64,000 bases of DNA from an uncultured virus (IMG/VR IMGVR_UViG_3300034061_005656) (lineage: Duplodnaviria; Heunggongvirae; Uroviricota; Caudoviricetes): the IMG/VR virus record IMGVR_UViG_3300034061_005656; one strand, given 5' to 3'. The position numbers and the translations under genes were made by a program. Positions 9,000 through 23,809 of this stretch are shown here, piece after piece (position 1 is the first letter of the stretch; the number at the start of each line of letters is the position of its first letter). The notes under the pieces are model-generated. The model saw nothing but the letters and a program-made list of their open reading frames with translations, was not told the DNA's origin and did not search any database.

Positions 9000-9746
9000 C
9001 TATCTGGCTCCGTGCTCCCAGAGCGCTGGCTTTCCTACTATATTGTACCAGCACCAGGCGTCAAAATCAAGACTCATATCAGGAATTGTGAAAATATCTG
9101 AGCGCTCTCTTGCTGCTGAATCGCCTTTTAGAAATTTTGCGACTCGCTGCTCAGGCACTTCATCCCATAACCAATTTCTTATTGAATCTGGCATTTCCAA
9201 TTCTTGAAGAATTTCGTAAGCTAAAGTTGAGTACGTGTCTCTGCACTCAAGCTCAAGATAGCACCATTCCCACTCTAGCATGAGACGAAACAGCTCTTGA
9301 AGTGTTTTACCTAAGTTTTCAGAATAATGAAAATCACGATCTTCAAGCTCTTTACTGTTTAGTCGAAGATAGACAATAAATCCTTTATATCCTTGAATTG
9401 GTAAACGAAGAACTCTCGTGTTATTTAGCGAAGCAACGTGACTATTTGTTGTGGGGTATACCGGATCTGTGCTTCCGCAAAGTAGACATATTCCTGTTCT
9501 CTCATCGGTTTCATGAAGTGCAGTAGGCTTTGGTTTATTTTTTGGCGCTTGTGCGTCACATCTGGGAGTCATTGAAGCACTTACGCCTTCAAGATCAACT
9601 ATTTCTGGCTTAAACTCGTAGTCATAAACAGATTTAATAAAAGCAAAATAGCCGCGCTCATCTTCTCTTGTACCAGGTATTTTGTAGTAAACTCCAAACT
9701 GCTCAACGCCTTTTGGCTCATCGCGCAAGTACGATCTTTCTGTCAT
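9000..9746 (-). CDS. Hypothetical protein, paralog of 9743..10516
   Basis: Start moved to ATG 9746 (ATGA overlap); shares RCDA..P.PTALHE...CxxCGS, TTNSH, TLQELF.LMLEWEW. Confidence 0.75.
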   Translation of the reverse strand: MTERSYLRDEPKGVEQFGVYYKIPGTREDERGYFAFIKSVYDYEFKPEIVDLEGVSASMTPRCDAQAPKNKPKPTALHETDERTGICLLCGSTDPVYPTTNSHVASLNNTRVLRLPIQGYKGFIVYLRLNSKELEDRDFHYSENLGKTLQELFRLMLEWEWCYLELECRDTYSTLAYEILQELEMPDSIRNWLWDEVPEQRVAKFLKGDSAARERSDIFTIPDMSLDFDAWCWYNIVGKPALWEHGAR

Positions 9747-10516
9747 CGTGACCCGTACTTCCAGAGTTGCGGTGCAAACACCACTTGATGCCAGCACCAA
9801 GCTTCAAAGTCTGGATGCATATCTGGAATAGTAGAAGTATCAGGTCTGGCTCTTGCGTCTAAGTTGCCTTTTAAGAACTTAGCGACATGCATATCTGGTA
9901 ATTCATTCCACACCCAGTCTCTAATACTTTCTGGAACTTGCATTTCTTGCAGTATTTCATAGCAAAGTTTCGCGCAAACATCTTCAGAGTCTAAGTTTAA
10001 GTGTACCCACTCCCATTCAAGCATGAGCTTAAACAACTCTTGAAGTGTTCTTGTGACATTAGGATTTGTGTATACTTCGGTTTCTTCAATTTCTGCGTTG
10101 TTTAGTTCTAAATACGCGATAAACCCTTTTGGAGTATGAAAAGGAATTCTTAAAGTAGTTGCATTGCTTAAGGACGCGTAGTGGCTGTTAGTTGTGCCGT
10201 AAATTGGTTTGTCACTTCCACAAAACGCGCAAAGACCTGTTTCTTCATTTTCTTCATGAAGCGCTGTCGGCATTGGCATTGCCTTTGGCGCTGAAGCATC
10301 GCATCTTGTTGACAATCTTTGTTCATCATTGGCAATATGACTAACGTCTTCTTCATAAAAGCGATGATTATACATAGCTCTAATAAAAGCAAAATACCCG
10401 TGCGTGTCGTTTCCAGACCCTGGCAATTTATAAAGTCGCCCTACGCCATAGCTATGCGATGGCTCATATCGCAAATAATGAGGATCTTCATTCCAAGTAG
10501 GTATTTGCTCTTCCAT
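9743..10516 (-). CDS. Hypothetical protein, paralog of 9000..9746
   Basis: Colinear high similarity to the neighbour; AAAGAAAG upstream. Confidence 0.75.
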   Translation of the reverse strand: MEEQIPTWNEDPHYLRYEPSHSYGVGRLYKLPGSGNDTHGYFAFIRAMYNHRFYEEDVSHIANDEQRLSTRCDASAPKAMPMPTALHEENEETGLCAFCGSDKPIYGTTNSHYASLSNATTLRIPFHTPKGFIAYLELNNAEIEETEVYTNPNVTRTLQELFKLMLEWEWVHLNLDSEDVCAKLCYEILQEMQVPESIRDWVWNELPDMHVAKFLKGNLDARARPDTSTIPDMHPDFEAWCWHQVVFAPQLWKYGSR

Positions 10517-10532
10517 AATTTGTCTTTCTTTC

Positions 10533-11336
10533 TTAATACTTGATGATAAAGTAAATGGACTGCTTATTCACTGTGTGCGTATGATTTGCGCCCGAAGCAT
10601 TGCTCCCAATACTTACCGTGTTCCAGTTGTGACTGTGCGCATTAGGTACGTACGTATCGTAGGCATGGTCATGCCCATGAGACACTGCGCCTAGATTATG
10701 TTTATGGTTATGCGCTGTGTTTTCCACGTTGTGAGTGCCGTGGCCAACGTTATTAGTTGCATTGCTCGTGTTTCCACGCAGATAGTTGTGTTGGTGCGTA
10801 TTGCTTGGGCCGCCCGTATTGTGACTATGGTTCCATGAAGCTGTTGCAAGATTATGAGTGTGAGTATTTGCATTGCCAGTGTCATGGCTGTGGTCTTGCT
10901 GCGTAGTGCCGTTGCTCCCATACGTTGAAGACGTGTAGTTATGTAAATGCGAAGTTGAAGCTGATCCGAACAACGCTGTTGTCGTGCCCAGAGAGTCTCC
11001 AGCTGCACGACCAACAGGCGTAACGAACGAAGTAGAAGAAGTTAAGTCTGGCACATTCCAACTAGTGCTAACAGATCCTCCGTACGAAATACCAATCACA
11101 TCGCGCAGTCTTGTGTACGCAGACCACGAGTATGAAGCGCCATTACAAAGAAGCCATCCAGCCGGCGGCGTAGCAGTTCCTGCCCACATTTCAATACTAC
11201 CGACAGGCACAATGTCATACGGTGAGTAAGAAGTGCTGTCGTAAATAAGCGACTGCCCGTCTACTGCGCCTGCTGGAGAAATAATATAAGAATCTACTTC
11301 TGCGTCAGCGGATACTTTAAAGTCTTTTTCGCTCAT
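10533..11336 (-). CDS. Tail-collar domain protein with His-rich needle
   Basis: 'PVGSIEMWAG..PPAGWLLCNG...VIG..YG...VPDL', ~10 HxH motifs, ends 'FIIKY'. Confidence 0.85.
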   Translation of the reverse strand: MSEKDFKVSADAEVDSYIISPAGAVDGQSLIYDSTSYSPYDIVPVGSIEMWAGTATPPAGWLLCNGASYSWSAYTRLRDVIGISYGGSVSTSWNVPDLTSSTSFVTPVGRAAGDSLGTTTALFGSASTSHLHNYTSSTYGSNGTTQQDHSHDTGNANTHTHNLATASWNHSHNTGGPSNTHQHNYLRGNTSNATNNVGHGTHNVENTAHNHKHNLGAVSHGHDHAYDTYVPNAHSHNWNTVSIGSNASGANHTHTVNKQSIYFIIKY

Positions 11337-11337
11337 T

Positions 11338-12216
11338 TTATTGGTGCCTAATAATGAAGTAAAAACCAGAAGTATTTATACTATGCGAATGAGACACATT
11401 TTGGGCAGCTAAAGTTGCTTGAAATGAGTGCGAATGCACTGAGTTTGTTGACGGTCCGCCTGTTCCATGCGTATGAGTGCCAGAGTTTGAGTTGTGAGCG
11501 TGATTAGTAGTTGACTGCCCAGTACCGTGCTGATGGTTAGCGTTAATACCGCTACTTTCTACGAAGTTGCCGTTACCTGACAAGTAGTTATGCGCGTGCG
11601 CCAAGTTTGCGTTGCTTGTGTTGTGGTTATGCTCACCACCAGACGTCGCGTTTACCTGGTCAAAAGAGTGATTATGGTTGTCCGTTGCTGCGTTTGCATT
11701 ATGAGCGTGGGACAATGTTGAGCTTGTTGTCGAGTTTGCAACAAAACTGTTTCCTGTAGTATGCGTGTGACCAGTTGTGGCGTCGGCGCCTGTAGCAGCT
11801 GTATTTGTTGTCGCTGTTTGAAGAAAAACGCCCGCGTTTGCCACGTCATTTGCATCATCAATACCCAGAACAACAGGGTACGCTTTTCCAGCAGCGTTAA
11901 AAGACGGCAGACCAAATGTAGATCCATTCGGAGAAACCGTAAATCTATTTCCAATTACTGCGTAAAGTCTTGCGTATGTTGTTTGACTTAAGTCTTGTCG
12001 GCCGTCACAGATAAGATAGTCATCAGGCACCGTTGGGCTTGTTGACCCGCTTGCCCACATTCGCACCACTCCAACGGGGATGTTGCCATCTGAAGAAACG
12101 TACGATCCGCTTGAAGAAGAAAAAACAACACCGCCTGAAGAAGACGCAGAGCTAAGATCTATTTTGACATCGTCAATTACAATGCCATTTTCTACTTTAA
12201 AGTCTTTAATGCTCAT
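11338..12216 (-). CDS. Tail-collar domain protein with His-rich needle
   Basis: 'PVGVVRMWA...YLICDG...YARLYAVIGNRF...FGLPS', many HxH, ends 'FIIRHQ'. Confidence 0.85.
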   Translation of the reverse strand: MSIKDFKVENGIVIDDVKIDLSSASSSGGVVFSSSSGSYVSSDGNIPVGVVRMWASGSTSPTVPDDYLICDGRQDLSQTTYARLYAVIGNRFTVSPNGSTFGLPSFNAAGKAYPVVLGIDDANDVANAGVFLQTATTNTAATGADATTGHTHTTGNSFVANSTTSSTLSHAHNANAATDNHNHSFDQVNATSGGEHNHNTSNANLAHAHNYLSGNGNFVESSGINANHQHGTGQSTTNHAHNSNSGTHTHGTGGPSTNSVHSHSFQATLAAQNVSHSHSINTSGFYFIIRHQ

Positions 12217-12218
12217 AG

Positions 12219-13103
12219 CTATACACCGTGCTGTGCTTTAATGATAAAGAAAACTCTAACTGCTGAAAATCCGCTAGAGTGCTGATGTGACGAGTTATTC
12301 ATTGTCTGATTGGCGTCTGAAGTAGAAACTGTGACAGTGTGAGTATGGTTTAAACTTGTAGCATTGCCCTGATGCGTATGCGCTAAACTATTTGCACCAA
12401 GGTTTGCAGTATTTCCTGCGTGCGAATGATTCATTGACTCTGTGCTTATGTTGTGTGTGTGATTTGAGTCTGAACCAACAAAACTTGCGCCAACGTTGCC
12501 TTGCTTATGCTGGTGAGTGTGCTGGCCAGCGGCAAACAGTACGTGAGTGCCAGTTGAGCTCGATTCTCCAGAAGCTCCATGATTATGACCGGAGTTTCCA
12601 GTTGTGACGTTGTGCGTGTGATTAAGAAATTCACCGGCGCCGTTGCCCCATTCGCTTGAGTTATGTCCAGAAGTATGAGTGTGCGAACTTAGTGTGGTTG
12701 AATCAGTGCTAGAAGACAAAGTATTTGGCGCGTCAGTATTTGTTTGAATGTGTCCAATAGGTAGTTTTTCAGTCAAGTTTGGCAACCTAAAATGACTAGT
12801 TCCTGCACCGCCAGAGCCATTTGTGCGTGCTCCGTACCTTGTCCCTACGACAGTATCAAGATCTGGGTAAGAAGAAACCGCTGTTTCGCTACCGTCGCAA
12901 AGAAGCCATCCGGTTGGTACATTTGTTTTTGAACCGTCAATTAGCCCTGTGTACATTACTACAGTTCCGATAGGCGTTTCTCTTTTTGCTGTAACCGTGT
13001 TGCCTACGCGGTGCAGCGATGAGCCTAGCTGCGTTGCTGAAAGATCTACTGTGACGTCATCGACAACTATTGAGCCGTTGACTGCAAAATTTTTCTCGGC
13101 CAT
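12219..13103 (-). CDS. Tail-collar domain protein with His-rich needle
   Basis: 'PIGTVVMY..PTGWLLCDG...YPDL..VVGTRYG...FRLPNL', many HxH, 'FFIIKA'. Confidence 0.85.
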   Translation of the reverse strand: MAEKNFAVNGSIVVDDVTVDLSATQLGSSLHRVGNTVTAKRETPIGTVVMYTGLIDGSKTNVPTGWLLCDGSETAVSSYPDLDTVVGTRYGARTNGSGGAGTSHFRLPNLTEKLPIGHIQTNTDAPNTLSSSTDSTTLSSHTHTSGHNSSEWGNGAGEFLNHTHNVTTGNSGHNHGASGESSSTGTHVLFAAGQHTHQHKQGNVGASFVGSDSNHTHNISTESMNHSHAGNTANLGANSLAHTHQGNATSLNHTHTVTVSTSDANQTMNNSSHQHSSGFSAVRVFFIIKAQHGV

Positions 13104-13110
13104 GAGTCAA

Positions 13111-19467
<6,357 letters not shown>

Positions 19468-19516
19468 TCAACTCAATTTTCTGTAATGAATAAGTGCCCC
19501 TCAAGGCGCTTATTGT

Positions 19517-20860
19517 TTATCCGGTTACAACTACCCTGTATGAATTGCTTGCAGGGATAGCAGAAAATGAAATTGTAACATTGTTTGTGTCGGTACGGAC
19601 TACATCTGTTACAACAGTTTCGTATGTTGGAGACGCGCCGGTATCGTACACTTGCACGGTAACGTCTCTTGTACCAAGACCGTGCTGAACTGTGTAAGAA
19701 GTGTTTGTGCCGTCTCCGATTGTTAGTGCAACTGTACGAGAAAGTACTGGAGCAGAAACACCAGCACCTTGTGTACCGCCGGCAGCAAGATTTGTGCGCG
19801 CGTCGCCTGCTGTTGACGCTCCGGTACCGCCGTGAGCAACACCAACGTCTGTGCCTTCCCAGGTGCCTGTCCCGATTGTGCCCAGTGTTGTAATTGAAGT
19901 CTGACCAACGTAAGTAGAGGCAATGTCTACGGCGTCTGAGGTGACGCTAATGCGATCCGCGGTACCGACAACGTCGATTGTGTTTCCTGTTTTTGTAAGA
20001 CCATTGCCAGCAATGCTTTGGCCAGCAGACGAAAACTGAACAAACGTTAAGTTTGTTACTCCGAGGTTGATTGTCCCATCAGTTGTTAAAACCCAGCCGG
20101 AGTCTGACCACGCTGTGCCTTGTTCAACAAAAACAAACAACCCAGGTGTAACTTCGTCTCCCGAATTAGCATCGGCTGTTCGTGTAAGTACCCAGGGGGT
20201 GCTGCCGTCGCCAACTGTTGTTACTTCGTAAATTCCGTTAAACGGTGCATTTGTAGAAGTTTCGTTTTTAACAAGGATTCGATCTAAAGTGCTAGGAGTT
20301 GCACTGTCAATCGATAGTGCGCCATTTGCTGATGCGGTCAATACGCCTGTTGTGTGAGTAAAGGATGGAAGAGCCGCATTGGTTGCAAGTTTTACTGACT
20401 GCTTAGCGTCAAGACCAGAGCGTGCTGCGTCTACGTATGCTTTGTTAGCAGCGTCAAGATCCGCAGATGGAGCAGCGACTTGCAAACGTCCATTGGAGTC
20501 TCTCTTGGCAAGAGTACCGCCGGTGCTTGACGATGTTGCAGCATTTAAAAGACTAAAGAAAGTATCAGATAGTAAACCAGCTGAATCAGCATCAGCAAGA
20601 TTAAGAGTCAGCGTTATTGCACCATTTGACTCAGTAACTGTAAGAGCTTCAGCAATCCCTGCGCCACCGCCAGAGCTGATGCTGTGAATCATTTTTCGCC
20701 ATGCTGAACCTGAGTACACTTTAATAGTGTCTTCGGTAGTATTATAAATTAACCGACCTTCAAACAAGTCCGTTGACGGGTCAGTTCCTACTTTTTCGAA
20801 TGTACCGTTAAGAATCTGATTCTGCGTTAGGTTTAAGTTTGTAAGAAACTTAGTTGCCAT
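19517..20860 (-). CDS. Virion structural / tail-fibre-associated protein
   Basis: 'DAANKAYVD..GLDAKQSVK.AT', 'RILVKNE...NGIY', C-terminal 'VQHGLGTRDVTVQVYD' fibre module. Confidence 0.75.
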   Translation of the reverse strand: MATKFLTNLNLTQNQILNGTFEKVGTDPSTDLFEGRLIYNTTEDTIKVYSGSAWRKMIHSISSGGGAGIAEALTVTESNGAITLTLNLADADSAGLLSDTFFSLLNAATSSSTGGTLAKRDSNGRLQVAAPSADLDAANKAYVDAARSGLDAKQSVKLATNAALPSFTHTTGVLTASANGALSIDSATPSTLDRILVKNETSTNAPFNGIYEVTTVGDGSTPWVLTRTADANSGDEVTPGLFVFVEQGTAWSDSGWVLTTDGTINLGVTNLTFVQFSSAGQSIAGNGLTKTGNTIDVVGTADRISVTSDAVDIASTYVGQTSITTLGTIGTGTWEGTDVGVAHGGTGASTAGDARTNLAAGGTQGAGVSAPVLSRTVALTIGDGTNTSYTVQHGLGTRDVTVQVYDTGASPTYETVVTDVVRTDTNNVTISFSAIPASNSYRVVVTG

Positions 20861-20888
20861 ATTAATGTACTCCTATTCCTAACCAGAC

Positions 20889-22064
20889 TTACGTAAGGTA
20901 GGCAAATCCTGAAAATGGTGCCGTAAACAAGATAGTTATCGACGTATTACTATTGTACCGTATTTCTCCAATGACGACAGTTCCAGCGCTATCAACTACC
21001 ATGATAGAAGGCCTACCGCCCAAGGCATGAGTAACATTCCAAGTGTCTGATGCTACCGCTTGTGTGTGGATAAAACGCTGTGCTCCAAGCTGCGACGGTA
21101 CGTAGAATGGGCTAGAAGGCCATTCTCCATTTACTTTTGGCCCGTAAAAAGCGCCGTCAACTGCATCAATGTAAATATCGCCGTCAAATCCTACAGTTGA
21201 AACTGGTTCTCCTTCTCCAGAAATAACTCCAGGACCTCTTGGTCCAATAGATCCTTGACTTGATAAAGTGCTTCCCGTCAAAATCGGCTCTGATAATGAG
21301 CCGCTAAGGCTAATGTCACTTAAAAGATCAACTGGCGAGCCGTCCCCATATGGCAGAAAAGCGTAAAAATTTTGCGGTTTAACTCCGTAAAGTCGCACAC
21401 TTACTATGTATGCCCAACCTGACGGCGAAAGTAGTGCGTTGTCAGTAGTTGGAAGATCAATTTCAAAGAATCCGCTAGTGTCAAGAATCGCAGTAAGGGT
21501 GCCTTCAACCACCACTGCGTCGTTTGCATCAACGATGCGGCTACTCGGTGTAAAGGTTACTCGTCCTCGGGCGGACTCTCCATCAGCGGTGACGTACAGA
21601 CCAGTGACAGTTCTTGTAATAATGTCATTTGGCCACTCATCATTTTCACTTGACAAAGGGCCAGAGTACTCTGAAATGCCGCTACTTTGTGGCGCAGAAA
21701 TTGCTATAGTACTTGTAAGCGAGCTATCAGAAGTTCTATTTGTGGCAATATCAACTGTTGAGCCATTTCCGTACGGTAAAAACGCATAGAAACTTTTTGG
21801 TTTAACTCCGTGAAGTCTTACATTTACTTTGTAGGCCCAGCCTGATGGAGACAATAGTGCATTATCAGTAGTCGGCAAGTCTAGCTCAAACTGTCCGTTT
21901 TCGTCCAGTATCGCGACAATCGTATCTTCAACCACTACTGCATCATCTGCATCGACGACAGTTGTTGAAGGTGTGAAAGTTATTCGCCCTTTTGCTGGTT
22001 CTCCGGCAGCAGTTAAGTACGTGCCGGCAACAGTGCGTGTTATTACATCATTAGGCCAAGGCAC
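20889..22064 (-). CDS. Minor tail protein with tandem-duplicated N-terminal domain
   Basis: Two copies of 'WPND.ITRTV.G.Y.TA.GE.A.GR.TFTPS...LPTTDN..LSPSGWAY'; C-terminal 'W.VTHALGGRPSI' module. Confidence 0.7.
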   Translation of the reverse strand: MPWPNDVITRTVAGTYLTAAGEPAKGRITFTPSTTVVDADDAVVVEDTIVAILDENGQFELDLPTTDNALLSPSGWAYKVNVRLHGVKPKSFYAFLPYGNGSTVDIATNRTSDSSLTSTIAISAPQSSGISEYSGPLSSENDEWPNDIITRTVTGLYVTADGESARGRVTFTPSSRIVDANDAVVVEGTLTAILDTSGFFEIDLPTTDNALLSPSGWAYIVSVRLYGVKPQNFYAFLPYGDGSPVDLLSDISLSGSLSEPILTGSTLSSQGSIGPRGPGVISGEGEPVSTVGFDGDIYIDAVDGAFYGPKVNGEWPSSPFYVPSQLGAQRFIHTQAVASDTWNVTHALGGRPSIMVVDSAGTVVIGEIRYNSNTSITILFTAPFSGFAYLT

Positions 22065-22128
22065 AGCTACAAAATCTCCAGTCTACAACAAGGAAATTTT
22101 ATCAAAAGAACACAGGTTGGATTATGCT

Positions 22129-23130
22129 TTAGTCCAGCCAAACCGTGTATTCAGCGGTTACTCTACCTTTTATCGGATCAATAAAATGTAAACGCTGAGA
22201 CGGTTTTCCGACTGCGGCAATGACTTCTCGAGCGTACTCGTTGTGAGATTCTGGAGAACCAGTAATAAACACTCGACCGGCATTTGCCATTGTCATCGTA
22301 GTAGGGGTATGAAAGTGCCCCATGTACACATCTTGAAATGGCTCAACTACTCCAGTTGCCCAGGCATTTGCTTTTCGAAGAATACTTGACTGTCCTCGGC
22401 ACTCATCGCCGTGCACAAGCATGGCTTTGTAGTTTCCAATAGTGACCATTTGGTACCAGTCAGGGGACATTTGCCAAGTGACGTTTTTTAAGTCCCTAGT
22501 GCGGTCCTGAGTAATTCTGTATGAAATAGCGTCAATGTTGTCGTTTGCTGGCATTTCACCTTTACGGCCGAGGCGGCCATGATTGCCATATTCACAGACA
22601 ACGTTTACTTTGTCAAAAAATGCGGCAAACGTTCTTACTAGCGTTTCTTCAATTCGAACAGTTTCAAAAAGCTGTTCAAATAAATGTGCTTCAACTTCCC
22701 AGGCTTGCCCAGGGAAAATGGTAATTCCTTCTACCATGTCTCCACCAAACATTAAAGTACATTCGCGGACCGGGTGATGAGTGCGCTGTAAAGTCGTTAG
22801 TTCCATTACTTTTTCAGCAAACTGCACCATGCGTTCTGAGCACTTATTAATGTCATACGTCGCGCTCTTTTTACCATTTTGCCAGTCAGTGGCATGAACT
22901 AGCGCGACTTCTGGTTTAGTTTTACGCGCGTCCTTAGGCGGCGGAGCTGGTGGCTTAACAGCTTTGCCAAGACCGCACGCAAGAGCAGACTCTTTTGCAG
23001 CGTTAAACACGGCTTCTACTAAAGCTTCTCCTTTTCGCTTTGCCTTGTACTCTGCTTGCTGCGCAGATTTTAAAGCTCTACGCAGCTCGGCTATTTCGTC
23101 TTCCTTGTGGATATCGTCTGACAAGCTCAT
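22129..23130 (-). CDS. Calcineurin-like metallophosphoesterase
   Basis: 'TDWQ', 'GGDMVEG', 'GNHGR', 'HGD', 'GHFH' motifs. Confidence 0.8.
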   Translation of the reverse strand: MSLSDDIHKEDEIAELRRALKSAQQAEYKAKRKGEALVEAVFNAAKESALACGLGKAVKPPAPPPKDARKTKPEVALVHATDWQNGKKSATYDINKCSERMVQFAEKVMELTTLQRTHHPVRECTLMFGGDMVEGITIFPGQAWEVEAHLFEQLFETVRIEETLVRTFAAFFDKVNVVCEYGNHGRLGRKGEMPANDNIDAISYRITQDRTRDLKNVTWQMSPDWYQMVTIGNYKAMLVHGDECRGQSSILRKANAWATGVVEPFQDVYMGHFHTPTTMTMANAGRVFITGSPESHNEYAREVIAAVGKPSQRLHFIDPIKGRVTAEYTVWLD

Positions 23131-23366
23131 TTGATTTTTGTCGCCAATTCTCCACGACGATAACGACTAATTACGTTAATTGCAAGTTTATGCCCGCGCT
23201 TTGCAAGTGCTTTTGAGATGTTAGACGCAGGAATTGAATGATCATCAAGCGCCTTTAGCAAATCTTTTCTTTCGTCTACTGGCAAAGCGTCGAGTATTTC
23301 AGCAATACGAGACCTATTACCTTTTTTTGACTGTTCATTGGAAATATCGTCGAAGAGCGATCCCAC
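23127..23366 (-). CDS. Small putative DNA-binding (HTH-like) protein
   Basis: GGAGG SD before GTG; 'ASNISKALAKRG..INVISRYRRGE'; ATGA overlap with the phosphoesterase. Confidence 0.6.
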   Translation of the reverse strand: MGSLFDDISNEQSKKGNRSRIAEILDALPVDERKDLLKALDDHSIPASNISKALAKRGHKLAINVISRYRRGELATKIK

Positions 23367-23532
23367 GGTTGCCTCCCATATGTTAAGCGTAGTCCTATAA
23401 CAGTATCATATACTGTTCCATGTATTGTACATTTCTCTAAGAAAACAAAATGCAAAAGTATGATAATATTTTTTCCCACGCTTCAAAAAAATTCTTTTGA
23501 GAGTGCGGCAAAAAGACACTTTGTTTGTTATA

Positions 23533-23567
23533 GTGACCTAGTCACAAATGTCACAAATGTCACAAAT
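23533..23567. repeat. Three tandem GTCACAAAT 9-mers with an inverted GTGAC half-site
   Basis: gtgac-cta-gtcacaaat-gtcacaaat-gtcacaaat in the AT-rich divergent gap before the HTH/primase genes. Confidence 0.8.
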
Positions 23568-23593
23568 TAGCTTCTCCCAGCAACGGATTTTTA

Positions 23594-23809
23594 ATGCATA
23601 GTCAAGATGTCAATAAGCGCCTCAGTATTCGAAGAGTTGCTTTACTATTAGGTATTCCCGCCCGAGTGGTCGCAAGGGCGGTCGCCTCTGGAGAGCTCCC
23701 AGCACTTGTAACAAAAACAGAAACCGGAAGAGACCGAGTTTACATTTCTTACGAAGACGCGCAGTCGTGGCTTAGTTCACTTCAAAGTGAAACGAGCATA
23801 GCCAAGTGA
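23594..23809 (+). CDS. Excisionase-like HTH protein
   Basis: 'LSIRRVALLLGIPARVVARAVASGELPA' MerR/Xis-type pattern. Confidence 0.7.
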   Translation: MHSQDVNKRLSIRRVALLLGIPARVVARAVASGELPALVTKTETGRDRVYISYEDAQSWLSSLQSETSIAK

